Below are positions 9,764 through 19,718 of a stretch of DNA of 64,000 nt, in pieces. The stretch comes from Alphaproteobacteria bacterium. Its GTDB lineage: Bacteria > Pseudomonadota > Alphaproteobacteria > JAQWUY01. How positions within the stretch are numbered: position 1 is the first letter of the stretch; each line of letters opens with the position of its first letter. Location: assembly GCA_965232465.1 (NCBI GenBank), contig OZ246977.1, forward strand, positions 66,829 through 130,828, in the 5' to 3' direction. Both the position numbers and the translations under genes were made by a program. The notes below the pieces were generated by a model that worked only from the letters and a program-made list of their open reading frames with translations, did not search any database and was not told the origin of the DNA.

Positions 9764-10966
9764 TTATGTTGTATATTTTTGGGCTTCGCTGGAACCATCG
9801 GTGGCGTTGCCTTCGCTGTATGAGTGGGCACCTGCACCAGCAAGTTTGCCATTGGTTACGATTTGGTATTCATTTCGCAACGATTTTCCTGCAAAGAAGC
9901 ATTCCAATATTTCACGGGTACCTGCTGCGTAACGGGTTTGTGCCGATAATGTTGACCCTGATGTATGGGGGGTCATGCCGTGGTGGGGCATAGTACGCCA
10001 TATATGGTCATTTGGGGCGGGTTGTGGGAACCATACATCCCCTGCATAGCCACTTAATTGTCCAGATTCTAACGCACGAACAATCGCTTCACGGTCGCAA
10101 ATTTTGCCCCGTGCGGTGTTGATTAAATATGCCCCTTGTTTCATCTTGTCAATCATCGTATCATCAAATAAATGTTCGGTTTCCGGGTGCAAGGGGCAAT
10201 TGATAGTCACCACATCACATAGCCCCACCATAGATTCAACGCAATTATGATAGGTTAAGTTTAATTCTTGTTCAATATCCGCAGGCAAGCGATGGCGGTC
10301 AAAATAATGTAAATGCACATCAAAAGGCTTTAATTTCCGCAATACCGACAGCCCAATACGCCCCGCCGCAACAGTCCCCACATGCATACCTTCTAAATCG
10401 TATGAGCGTTTTACCGCATCGGCAATATTCCACCCCCCTGATTTGGCGATAGCATGTTGTGTGTGGTAATCCCGTACCATAGATAAAATCATCATCACCA
10501 CATGTTCTGACACGGAAATAGAATTACAGAATGTTACTTCCGCCACATCCACATTGTATTCAGCGGCGGCTTCTAAGTTCACATGGTCGGATCCGATACC
10601 GGCGGTAATAGCCAATTTTAAATTTTTGGCTTTTTCAATCAGCGGTCGGGTTAAATAAAACGGCCAAAAGGGTTGTGAAATCACCACATCTGCGTCGACT
10701 ATTTCCCGTGCAGCCACTGAGTTGTCCCCATCTTTATCTGCGGTTACAACCAATTCATGCCCTTGCGATTCCAAGAACTTTCTAAGCCCTAATTCCCCAG
10801 AAACACAACCTAGTAATTCCCCCGGTGTAAAATCAATTGCCTTTGGGGATGGCAATGTTGTACCATCGGGGTATGTACCCAACTTAGGTAAATCTTTCAA
10901 GGCATATCGTGTTGGCATGCCACCGGTGGGATCGTCATAAAGTACACATAATATTTTCATATTCAT
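9764..10966 (-). CDS. fdh: NAD-dependent formate dehydrogenase (D-2-hydroxyacid dehydrogenase superfamily)
   Basis: 400 aa. It is collinear with the Pseudomonas sp. 101-type FDH as I remember it (KILCVLYDDP, DKDG, ISQPFWP.YLT, GTVAAGRIG, GDVWFPQPAP, GAHSYS.GNAT). Confidence 0.9.
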   Translation of the reverse strand: MNMKILCVLYDDPTGGMPTRYALKDLPKLGTYPDGTTLPSPKAIDFTPGELLGCVSGELGLRKFLESQGHELVVTADKDGDNSVAAREIVDADVVISQPFWPFYLTRPLIEKAKNLKLAITAGIGSDHVNLEAAAEYNVDVAEVTFCNSISVSEHVVMMILSMVRDYHTQHAIAKSGGWNIADAVKRSYDLEGMHVGTVAAGRIGLSVLRKLKPFDVHLHYFDRHRLPADIEQELNLTYHNCVESMVGLCDVVTINCPLHPETEHLFDDTMIDKMKQGAYLINTARGKICDREAIVRALESGQLSGYAGDVWFPQPAPNDHIWRTMPHHGMTPHTSGSTLSAQTRYAAGTREILECFFAGKSLRNEYQIVTNGKLAGAGAHSYSEGNATDGSSEAQKYTT

Positions 10967-11155
10967 TCTCCTTATATATTAATATTTCAACTCTACATGT
11001 ACCATTATACAATATTATAATGATGTTAGGGATTTTAATTTTTTTTATGTAATACCTGCTAAAAAGTAATCTTTAAGAGTATGTAACCAATAAAACAGAT
11101 GAATGTTAGGGATTGCCGATAAATTGCCCCTTGCCACACAATTTTGCCCTGTTTA

Positions 11156-12328
11156 TTATAGATTTTCTGATATATGGGCTGTTTTCATCCATGTGATGGT
11201 ATTATCAAAAAAATGTATCCCTTGTTGTATCTGGGATACAGCAATATATTCATCAGGTATGTGCCCCTGTGCCATGTTTCCCACGCCCAATATAATGGTT
11301 GGTATACCATATGCGTGGAATAATCCGCCTTCGGTACCAAAACTTACTTTGGTGGTGGGGGTGTTTGGGTGTGCACACAGTGTATCAGAAATTTGCTTTA
11401 TGGGGGCATTGGTGTCTGTGGATAAGGGGGGATACGCACTTATTACATCCATAGCAATTTGTGTACCATAGGTGTGTTCTAAATCTGTTACATAGTATGT
11501 GATTTTGTCATATAATGCATCGATTTCAGATTGATAACTGCTTCTGATTTCAAATGAAAGTGTTGCTTGGTCTGGTACAATATTTAATGCAGTCCCCCCC
11601 TGTATCATGCCCGTTTGCAAGGTTGCATATGGTGGGATTGACAAAGGGTCTTGGACACCATTTTTGATACAGTCGTGCATAAGATTTTCGATATATGTGA
11701 TAATTCGACTGGCAATATGTATGGCGTTAATACCATCCATACAACATGCGGAATGACAAGATTTTCCCATCACTATAACTTTAACCCCCATTTTTCCTTT
11801 GTGTCCCAATACAGGTTTCATTTCAGTGGGTTCCCCCACAAAACAATAGGCGGGGGCAACGGGTATTAATTTAGGGAATTTTGCAATCATATGCGGGATA
11901 CCTTGACAGCCGATTTCTTCATCGTAAGATAAACATATATACACAGGTGTATGGGTGGCATGGGCGGTTTTTGCCAAAGTATCTGCATGGGTGAGCAACA
12001 AGGCGATATACCCTTTCATATCCGTTGTACCCCGTCCATACCATTTATCGCCCACATCGGTTAATTCGAAGGGGGGATATGACCAATCCTGCCCTTTCAC
12101 TGGTACCACATCCATATGGGCAGAAAACATTATTCCTGATTTTTGGATATTCCCAGCCATCGCCAAAACATTTATTTTATCTTGGCAGGGGTCAGGGATT
12201 GTATGACAGGCAAACCCTGAATCTTGCAATACTCGTACGCAGTATTCGGCAATATCACGATTTGATTTTGCACTGACACTGGCAAAGGATACCAATTGTT
12301 TTAAGTGGGTTTTTACCGTTTGTAACAT
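11156..12328 (-). CDS. M20-family metallopeptidase / deacylase (ArgE/DapE-like)
   Basis: 390 aa with an ArgE-like N-terminus (LKQLVSFASVS), AHMDVVP, WYGRGTTDMKG and LSYDEEIG metal-ligand motifs. Confidence 0.75.
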   Translation of the reverse strand: MLQTVKTHLKQLVSFASVSAKSNRDIAEYCVRVLQDSGFACHTIPDPCQDKINVLAMAGNIQKSGIMFSAHMDVVPVKGQDWSYPPFELTDVGDKWYGRGTTDMKGYIALLLTHADTLAKTAHATHTPVYICLSYDEEIGCQGIPHMIAKFPKLIPVAPAYCFVGEPTEMKPVLGHKGKMGVKVIVMGKSCHSACCMDGINAIHIASRIITYIENLMHDCIKNGVQDPLSIPPYATLQTGMIQGGTALNIVPDQATLSFEIRSSYQSEIDALYDKITYYVTDLEHTYGTQIAMDVISAYPPLSTDTNAPIKQISDTLCAHPNTPTTKVSFGTEGGLFHAYGIPTIILGVGNMAQGHIPDEYIAVSQIQQGIHFFDNTITWMKTAHISENL

Positions 12329-12350
12329 TTTTTAAAGAGTCGATAATCAT

Positions 12351-13814
12351 TTACAAAGCATTTTTTGCTAATACATTATCGGACAACCCAGCTACATTTT
12401 TCACCAAATCCAATGGACCTTCCCAATCAAAGTTTCTGTATACTGCAGCTAAGTGTGCAAAGGGTGGGGATTGGGCAAATAACTGAAATGTTAACCGGTG
12501 TCCCGCATAATCAGAATTTACCATATCCCGGGCAAGGGCAAGCAATTTGCGTCTGTCTTCGGCAACCCAGTTGTCATTTACTGTATAAAACTTATCCAAC
12601 CAAGGTTTTGTTTTTGGGTGTTCAAATGTGGATACATCCGGTGTTACGCATGTTTGTCCCCCACACAATTCACGGGTAATTTGCATCATTTGATATAATT
12701 GTGAACATGCCAGTACACGTCCCGTATACAATAAGCTTTGATTTGGCATTACCAATCCACCAGGGGATTTTTCCGACATTTCTATGGCTGCGATTAAGTG
12801 TGCATACACGCCTTCACGATAACACGCCAGTTTTGCCAGCTTTTCTTGCACCGCCTGTTGGTGTTCCAAACCGGTTTGCTTGGCATTCCACAATGCGGTA
12901 CCAATCATCATATCCGCCAATTTAATATTGCGTTGTACGAATGCAAAAGCGGAATATCTGTGTAAAGTATTACGGATGAACGCAGCGGATTTTGTATCAC
13001 GGTAAAATAATACATTTTCCCAAGGTATCAATACATTGTCAAATACAACCAAGAAGTCCACTTCGTCAAATTTATTAGACAATGGGTAATCACGGGGGTT
13101 TTTGCTACGACCGGCAAAACCTGTTCTTCCCAAGAATGTCAATCCAGAAGAATTTAAATCACAAACAAAACCAACCGCATAATCGGAATAAGCATCATTG
13201 CCCCAGTTAGCGATTGTCGGCTTGGTAAACGCTTCGTCCCCATATGCGGCCGCTGTTTCATATTTTGCCCCCCGTACGATAATACCTGCGTCTGTTTCTT
13301 TGATTGCATGTAATAACATATCAGGGTCTTTATCCTGTGGTGCCAAAGAACGATCGCCTTTTGGATCTGTGTTGGCGGATATATGAAAGGGGTCTTGTTG
13401 GACAATACGATTAATATGATTTTCAATATTTTGTGAAAATTGTGGGTTAATCTCATTCAGGGTTTCTCTGCCATCAAACAATGACCAAATTTCCCCAATA
13501 TTTTCATCACCAACCCGTGTTACAACACCATTTACATCATTCAGCAATGTATCCGTTGCCTTATACTTATCGTGCCAGTCTTGTTTGCTCTTGGGCATTT
13601 TTAAAGCGATGGAAAAGCGTTCCCCATTTTCTGCGTATGACATGATGTCTTTTGTTGCTTGTTCATGTTGCAAATCATACATTCTTGCCTTAATATTGAC
13701 AACAGATTTTGTATGCGGATGCTCCGTAATATCGGTTACTTTTTCCCCATCAATCCAAATATTTCGGTTATTTTGTTTTAAATTGTCTTTGTACTGTTTA
13801 CCTGTTCTGATCAT
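12351..13814 (-). CDS. HpaB-family flavin-dependent monooxygenase, oxygenase component (4-hydroxyphenylacetate 3-monooxygenase-like)
   Basis: The ORF is open to 13895. GGAG sits 8 nt before the ATG at 13814 (MIRTGKQYKDNLKQNNRNIWIDGEKVTDITEHP), a typical HpaB N-terminus. It lies 22 nt upstream of the M20 gene, so the two are probably co-transcribed. Confidence 0.7.
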   Translation of the reverse strand: MIRTGKQYKDNLKQNNRNIWIDGEKVTDITEHPHTKSVVNIKARMYDLQHEQATKDIMSYAENGERFSIALKMPKSKQDWHDKYKATDTLLNDVNGVVTRVGDENIGEIWSLFDGRETLNEINPQFSQNIENHINRIVQQDPFHISANTDPKGDRSLAPQDKDPDMLLHAIKETDAGIIVRGAKYETAAAYGDEAFTKPTIANWGNDAYSDYAVGFVCDLNSSGLTFLGRTGFAGRSKNPRDYPLSNKFDEVDFLVVFDNVLIPWENVLFYRDTKSAAFIRNTLHRYSAFAFVQRNIKLADMMIGTALWNAKQTGLEHQQAVQEKLAKLACYREGVYAHLIAAIEMSEKSPGGLVMPNQSLLYTGRVLACSQLYQMMQITRELCGGQTCVTPDVSTFEHPKTKPWLDKFYTVNDNWVAEDRRKLLALARDMVNSDYAGHRLTFQLFAQSPPFAHLAAVYRNFDWEGPLDLVKNVAGLSDNVLAKNAL

Positions 13815-14034
13815 TTTTTTCTCCATTCTGTTGCGATTGACAATAGTGGCACATGCCCCCATTGCGGTTATAAATTGCTGTTTTAAATCAGCCATTCTTA
13901 TCTTATTTTTTATGATACAAAATTATGTGGGATAAATAAAATAAAAAAATATTAAGCAATTGAAAGACAAAAGAATATTACACCATAATTTTGCGTAAAA
14001 AATATGGGGACATATAGCCCCCACATATATAATC

Positions 14035-14239
14035 AATCCAGTATAAAATGATTCGCTGTAATTATACTGCACATTTTATTTTGTTGGTTATATGGTGAGT
14101 CTAAGGGGCTAACGCCCCAGCTTCTCTGTACCTTCTTGCGTTTGATGTGGATTTACCCATGCTTCGCATGACAAAAACCCACACGCACTCACCCCGCTCT
14201 GCACCACAATGCCACTGCGTGGCAAGCGGTTGCAACCGC
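14035..14239 (+). mobile_element. MITE-like repeat, copy 2 (right arm missing)
   Basis: It starts aatccagtataaaatgattc and ends at the gcggttgcaaccgc palindrome. The core is near-identical to copy 1 plus a ~17-nt insert that it shares with copy 3. Confidence 0.7.
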
Positions 14240-14265
14240 TATAAAACATTATGTTTTTATTCCGT

Positions 14266-15282
14266 TTATTTTAATAAGTCTGTCCATACTTTAGCCACCA
14301 ATTTTTGTGCTGCTGGTGAACATGTTTCTGACATAACCACTTCTACTGTTGGAAATACTTCATAGGCATTTTCCGCAGTGTTATCAAGTTTTGAGGAATC
14401 CAACTTTAACGCAAAGTCATGTGCATAATAATTTGCCCATTCTGTTACATTCGCCCGTTTCGCCATCCAGTTAATGAATGTTTTGGCACCACTTACATTT
14501 TCTGCACCCTTTGGCACCGCCATAGAATCAAGCCACCCCACTAAACCTTCTTTGGGCATAGCATATTGGATATTGCTGCCTCCTTTTCGGGTTCTTAGGC
14601 TTTCCCCATCCCACCACATATGTGCAAGGATTTCACCAGAGCTTAAACGATCACGGATGTTATCATCAGAATAGGATTGTACATGTTTTTTTTGTTCACT
14701 TAGTAACTCATATACTTTTTTCATATCGTCTCTGCTTTCTGTACAATATGGCACACCCAAGTATAACTGTGCTGCGGAAATAACTTCATCAGGGGATGAA
14801 AACATACCAATTTTACCGGACAGTTCGGTGGGTTCAAAGAAATATTTCCAAGAATCAGTTGGTCCCTTGTATAAATCAGCATTCACAGAATACCCAGTGC
14901 TTCCATATGCAAAAGGAATGGAATATTTATTGCCTTTATCCCACCACCGATTTTTAAATTCGTCTTTTACCTGATTGATCGCAGACATCTGGTTCCCATT
15001 GATTTGCACCAACAAGCCTTCATTTATCATGGTTTTCAAGTAATGCTGTGATGGCATGATAATATCATAGTTACTGCCCCCAGCCTTTAATTTTGCCAAC
15101 AATTCATCATTGGATGAATATGCATCAACGGTTACTTTGATGCCGGTTTCTTTGGTAAACCGTTTAAGCATTTCGGCTGGTATGGCTTCCGACCAACTAT
15201 AAATGTTAATGTTTTTTGCAAATGCAACAGATGACATCAAAGAATATAATACTGCTGACATTATGACTATTTTTGTTTTCAT
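14266..15282 (-). CDS. potD: Polyamine (spermidine/putrescine) ABC transporter substrate-binding protein
   Basis: A strong AAGGAG precedes the ATG at 15282, followed by a signal peptide (MKTKIVIMSAVLYSLMSSVAFA). It has a PotD/PotF-like fold signature and is the last gene of a potABCD-ordered operon. Confidence 0.8.
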   Translation of the reverse strand: MKTKIVIMSAVLYSLMSSVAFAKNINIYSWSEAIPAEMLKRFTKETGIKVTVDAYSSNDELLAKLKAGGSNYDIIMPSQHYLKTMINEGLLVQINGNQMSAINQVKDEFKNRWWDKGNKYSIPFAYGSTGYSVNADLYKGPTDSWKYFFEPTELSGKIGMFSSPDEVISAAQLYLGVPYCTESRDDMKKVYELLSEQKKHVQSYSDDNIRDRLSSGEILAHMWWDGESLRTRKGGSNIQYAMPKEGLVGWLDSMAVPKGAENVSGAKTFINWMAKRANVTEWANYYAHDFALKLDSSKLDNTAENAYEVFPTVEVVMSETCSPAAQKLVAKVWTDLLK

Positions 15283-15344
15283 TTTCGTTCTCCTTAAATA
15301 ATATGAATTCAAAATTATTGTGCACGCAATGGGGTCCACTTCTT

Positions 15345-16154
15345 CTACATAGACTTATTTTTCTTATGTACTAAGAATATGGTAGGGGTAACAATCAAAA
15401 TTGATACAGTCATCACAAGTGTTGAAATGGCATTTAATTCTGGTGTTACCCCTATTTTAACCAATGAAAAGATATACACAGGCAGGGTTGTGCCACCCCC
15501 ACCTGATACCATTACAGTGGTTATAAAATCATCAAACGAGATAACAAAACTTAACATCGCACCGGCAAATATACCCGGCATAATAAGGGGCAGGGTAATT
15601 TTTCTGAATGCGGTAAATTTACTGGCATATAAATCTTGGGCCGCTTGTTCCAAGTCCGTATCCATGCCTTGTAGACGGGCCCTTATAGGTAAAAACGCAA
15701 AAGGGATACAAAATGTGGCATGGGCAATAATAAGCTTGGTTAAGGAATGTGTTAACCCAATCTGTGTAAAGACTATTAATGTGGATACCGCCAACACAAT
15801 CTCAGGTAACATAAGGGGTAAATTGATAAGAATGAAAGATGCATTTCTCGCCTTAACATTTTGTCCTCGTACCAGTACTAAGGCACTGACTGTGGCAACA
15901 AAAACTGCAATAATAGTCGCAGCTGTTGCGACTATCAGAGATATTTTTAAAGCATTTACCAATCCGGCATTATTGACAGCAGAAATATACCATTTAAAGG
16001 AAAATCCTGTCCATTGGGATAAAATTTTATTCTCATTAAAGGAAAAAAATACAATGGTTATCACAGGAATATATAAGAACAAGAAAAATGCAACCGTTAT
16101 ATATTTATAACTTTTATAATCTATGATATTGGCTTTTTTAAAGAAGTTTAACAT
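15345..16154 (-). CDS. potC: Polyamine ABC transporter permease
   Basis: 269 aa with 6 predicted TM segments and an EAA-type loop (LEQAAQDLYASKFTAFRKITLPL). Confidence 0.8.
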   Translation of the reverse strand: MLNFFKKANIIDYKSYKYITVAFFLFLYIPVITIVFFSFNENKILSQWTGFSFKWYISAVNNAGLVNALKISLIVATAATIIAVFVATVSALVLVRGQNVKARNASFILINLPLMLPEIVLAVSTLIVFTQIGLTHSLTKLIIAHATFCIPFAFLPIRARLQGMDTDLEQAAQDLYASKFTAFRKITLPLIMPGIFAGAMLSFVISFDDFITTVMVSGGGGTTLPVYIFSLVKIGVTPELNAISTLVMTVSILIVTPTIFLVHKKNKSM

Positions 16155-16157
16155 GTA

Positions 16158-17042
16158 CTACTCCTCCATTGCTTTTTTTCTGGCATTGATTAAAATAACA
16201 ACAACAGTTATTGCCAACAATACAACCGCCAAACTGGCACCAAAAGACCAATTACGGGCAAAGCCAAACTGCATGCGAATTAAATTACCGAGCATTATTT
16301 TTTTGCCCCCACCGAGTAACATGGGTTCTAAAATAGTTCCTAGGCTTGGTACTAATACCAATACAAATCCTGCAAGTATACCCGGTTTTGTAAGGGGTAA
16401 TATGACATACCATAATGTTTTTATTTTGTTGGAATATAAATCATGTGCCGCCTCGATAATACTTTTATCTAATTTCTCGATGCTGGCATAAATAGGTAGT
16501 ATAACAAGGGGAATATACGAATAAATCATGCCTATGCCTGTGGCTATATTGGTATACAAAAATGTGTCTGTGTTTTCGACTAATCTGAAAAATACCAATG
16601 TTTTTTCCAATACGCCATTGTCCTGTAAAATAATAATCCAACCATACACACGAATAACCATAGAAATCCAGAAGGGTAGGGTCACAAAATACAGCATAAT
16701 GATTTTAACCGTTTGTGGTTGTCGTGATATAAAATATGCCACAGGAAATCCCACCAACACAGAAATAGACGCAACCGACACAGCCAATATAATACTGCGG
16801 ATGATTCCAATCAAATACACAGGGTAAAATTCTAAGTTTTCATCCCAATCCTCCCGAAATAATATTTGCTGATAGGATTCCATGGAAAACACATGTTCAA
16901 TTCCTCCGTACGACCCGGAAGTCATAAAAGATGCGTATATCATAATCAATATGGGTAAAACCGCAAACATTGTCATGATAATGTACACAGGTAATAAGCC
17001 CCAAGTATTTAATGATAAAAAGGAAAAGATATTTCTATGCAT
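16158..17042 (-). CDS. potB: Polyamine ABC transporter permease
   Basis: 294 aa with an EAA loop (IIEAAHDLYSNKIKTLWYVILPLTKPG). It overlaps the potA stop. Confidence 0.8.
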   Translation of the reverse strand: MHRNIFSFLSLNTWGLLPVYIIMTMFAVLPILIMIYASFMTSGSYGGIEHVFSMESYQQILFREDWDENLEFYPVYLIGIIRSIILAVSVASISVLVGFPVAYFISRQPQTVKIIMLYFVTLPFWISMVIRVYGWIIILQDNGVLEKTLVFFRLVENTDTFLYTNIATGIGMIYSYIPLVILPIYASIEKLDKSIIEAAHDLYSNKIKTLWYVILPLTKPGILAGFVLVLVPSLGTILEPMLLGGGKKIMLGNLIRMQFGFARNWSFGASLAVVLLAITVVVILINARKKAMEE

Positions 17043-18105
17043 CTTTTAATACCCGTGCGGAATCAACATTAAATCCAATATCTACTTCGGCACCGATGGG
17101 ATAGCTGATATCATTGATATTTTCATTTCGCTTTGAAACATATAATTCTGTACCTTTTGATATTTTGACTTTATAATGTGAATATCCCCCCATGTAATAT
17201 GTATCAATAACAGTGGCTGTAATATGTATATCTTTTTCCTTACTATTAATAGATATTTTTTCTGGTCGCAGTGATACACAAACATTATCATTTTTGCAAA
17301 TATTAGCGGCAGGTGCAGTGAATGTACCAATATCAGTCATTACACTGGCTTGGTTTTCTGTGACGCTTTGTAAAGTAGCATTCAAAAAATTCGTCTCCCC
17401 GATGAAGTCCGCAACAAATTTATTGACAGGGGATTCATAGATTGATTGTGGGGTACCAATTTGTTGTACCTGCTTGTTGGCAAGGATACAAATCCTGTCC
17501 GACATTTCCAACGCTTCCTCTTGGTCGTGCGTGACGAATATAAATGTAATCCCCACTTCTTTTTGAATATTGCGTAATTCCAATCGCATATTTTGGCGTA
17601 ACTTTAAATCAAGAGCCGACAAGGGTTCGTCCAATAATAAAACTTTTGGCTTGGGGCTTAATGCCCGTGCTAAGGCAACCCGTTGTTTTTGTCCACCGGA
17701 TAACTGGGATGGATACCGATTAGCAAAGTCTTGCATATGCACCGCCTGTAACATATCATCGACCCGTTGTTTTATATCTTGTTCATTCCATTTTAACATT
17801 TCCAGTGGAAATGCCACATTTTTACGAATTGTCATATGGGGAAACAACGCATAGTTTTGAAATACAGTATTAATATTGCGTTTGTGAACAGGTGTGTCTT
17901 GGATGTCATTGCCAAATAATTTAATAGACCCCTCAGAAGTATCTTCAAAACCTGCAATCATCCGCAACAATGTTGTCTTGCCACACCCAGAAGGTCCCAA
18001 CAAAGTAAAAAATTCATTGTTTTTTATTTCAAAATTAACATGTTGTAGAACTTTTGTATTTCCAAAAATCTTTGATAAATTAATAATTTCTATGGCGTTT
18101 ACCAC
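17035..18105 (-). CDS. potA: Polyamine ABC transporter ATP-binding protein
   Basis: 356 aa with Walker A GPSGCGKTT, the signature LSGGQKQRVALARAL, Walker B LLLDEPLSALD and a C-terminal TOBE-like domain. Confidence 0.85.
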   Translation of the reverse strand: MVNAIEIINLSKIFGNTKVLQHVNFEIKNNEFFTLLGPSGCGKTTLLRMIAGFEDTSEGSIKLFGNDIQDTPVHKRNINTVFQNYALFPHMTIRKNVAFPLEMLKWNEQDIKQRVDDMLQAVHMQDFANRYPSQLSGGQKQRVALARALSPKPKVLLLDEPLSALDLKLRQNMRLELRNIQKEVGITFIFVTHDQEEALEMSDRICILANKQVQQIGTPQSIYESPVNKFVADFIGETNFLNATLQSVTENQASVMTDIGTFTAPAANICKNDNVCVSLRPEKISINSKEKDIHITATVIDTYYMGGYSHYKVKISKGTELYVSKRNENINDISYPIGAEVDIGFNVDSARVLKDA

Positions 18106-18413
18106 ATGTCTATCCTCTATAAAAAATGCTTAATGAATATGATTTATCATAATAATGCTATACTATTTACAGCAATATAACATAATTTTCAACATAAATA
18201 TATATTTATTTAGTTATGTAATACATAGATTATTTCTTGCTTAATTACCAAATAGTGTAGTCAAGATATATAGTCAATTAAAGGAACATCTGAATAACTG
18301 ATTTATTTTGTTGTTTTTATGTTTATAGTTTTTGGGGTATGTGACCTGCCCCCTATAAATTGGTCCAAAAATAAGTTAGTATTGCTTTATCTAAATTATG
18401 AAAGGATTTTAAG

Positions 18414-18698
18414 ATGTCAAAGAATAGGAAAGCCCGGAGTATAGAACAAATTATCCGTATATTACGGGATGCAGAGATTAAGTTATCATCAGGTATGACA
18501 GTCAGTGTTATGTGCCGTGATTTAGGCATATCAGATGCGACTTATTACAAGTGGCGCAAACAATATGGTGGTATGGATGTTAATCATGCCAAAGATTTAA
18601 AAGCATTATTGGATGAGAATGCCCGTTTAAAGAAGCTTGTTGCTGATTTGAGTTTAGACAATCAAATCTTAAAGGAATTTAACTCGGGAAAGTGGTAG
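18414..18698 (+). CDS. IS3-family transposase OrfA (HTH)
   Basis: 94 aa, ...[56 protein letters not shown], an IS407-group OrfA pattern. Confidence 0.9.
   Translation: MSKNRKARSIEQIIRILRDAEIKLSSGMTVSVMCRDLGISDATYYKWRKQYGGMDVNHAKDLKALLDENARLKKLVADLSLDNQILKEFNSGKW
18686..18692 (+). promoter_or_regulatory. Programmed -1 ribosomal frameshift heptamer (G GGA AAG)
   Basis: It fits X XXY YYZ in the OrfA zero frame, 2 codons before the OrfA stop. The -1 frame continues as [10 protein letters not shown] of OrfB. Confidence 0.7.
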
Positions 18699-19567
18699 GT
18701 GCTGGCGGGGTAAAAAGCTTTATTGGCAAAGCCAAGTTTTTTTACAATGTATCAGAACGGCGTTTATGTAGTTTATTCAAGACACATCGCTCTATGGTTC
18801 GTTATGTGAAACGAGATGTTGATGAGGAAAGCCGTTTAATATCAGATATGCACCGTCTAGCACAAAAATACCCTAGATATGGTTATCGGCGGATATGTGC
18901 CTTATTAAAAAATTATGGTTGGTGTGTAAACCATAAACGGATTGAACGGCTTTGGAAGAAGGAGGGACTACAAGTGCCACAGAAAATACCCAAACCCCGT
19001 AGTTCAAATGCTGGTGATGGGAGCTGTATTAAACTTCGTCCTGAGTATCAAAATCATATATGGAGTTATGATTTTGTGCATGACAAACTCAGAAGTGGTA
19101 AAAGCATTAAAATATTAACAGTTATAGATGAGCATAGCCGAGAATGCTTAACCATTGATGTTCGGCATAAACTGAACAGTACGGATGTATTGGATATTAT
19201 GGGCAGGTTGTTTATCACAAAAGGTATGCCTAAGCATATCCGTTCTGACAATGGATCCGAATTTATAGCCCATAGGCTACAAGATTGGTTGAAGCGTATG
19301 CAGGTGGATACAGCATATATTGATAAGGGCAGTCCATGGCAGAATGGTTATAATGAAAGTTTTAATGGTAAACTTCGGGATGAGTGCTTAAACAGGGAGA
19401 TATTTGATACTTTAACTGAGGCACAAGCTGTCATAGAAAACTGGCGGTATGAATACAATCATATCCGTCCGCATAGTGCGTTGGGGTACAATCCACCAGT
19501 GCCAAAAACGCAGCCCATTGTCAATGACATCCGTCATTCCGCTACGCTACATGACAAATATCATTGA
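18692..19567 (+). CDS. IS3-family transposase OrfB (DDE integrase core), expressed as an OrfAB fusion
   Basis: 291 aa with rve-type motifs ([49 protein letters not shown]). Confidence 0.9.
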   Translation: MVGAGGVKSFIGKAKFFYNVSERRLCSLFKTHRSMVRYVKRDVDEESRLISDMHRLAQKYPRYGYRRICALLKNYGWCVNHKRIERLWKKEGLQVPQKIPKPRSSNAGDGSCIKLRPEYQNHIWSYDFVHDKLRSGKSIKILTVIDEHSRECLTIDVRHKLNSTDVLDIMGRLFITKGMPKHIRSDNGSEFIAHRLQDWLKRMQVDTAYIDKGSPWQNGYNESFNGKLRDECLNREIFDTLTEAQAVIENWRYEYNHIRPHSALGYNPPVPKTQPIVNDIRHSATLHDKYH

Positions 19568-19660
19568 CAATAGAGAAAAAAAGTGCTAACCTAAAAATGG
19601 ACCAAATCAGTGGGGCTAGTCATATGTCAGAAAGTTTGTGTAAGTAGACTTTATTAAACC

Positions 19661-19696
19661 ATGTGTTATATTGGGAATATTCCCAATATAACACAT
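19661..19696. repeat. 36-bp perfect palindrome in the IS256-type leader
   Basis: atgtgttatattgggaatattcccaatataacacat, ending about 10 nt before the transposase AAGGAG. Confidence 0.9.
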
Positions 19697-19718
19697 ACAA
19701 AATTAAGGAGACTTACTT

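Larger units (their letters stand above)
18343..19622 (+). mobile_element. IS3-family insertion sequence (IS407-like), apparently intact
   Basis: 1280 bp. The IRs are TGACCTGCCCCCTATAAATTGGTCCA and (reverse complement) TGACTAGCCCCACTGATTTGGTCCA, giving TG...CA ends. A 4-bp direct repeat tatg sits at 18339-18342 and 19623-19626. Confidence 0.85.
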
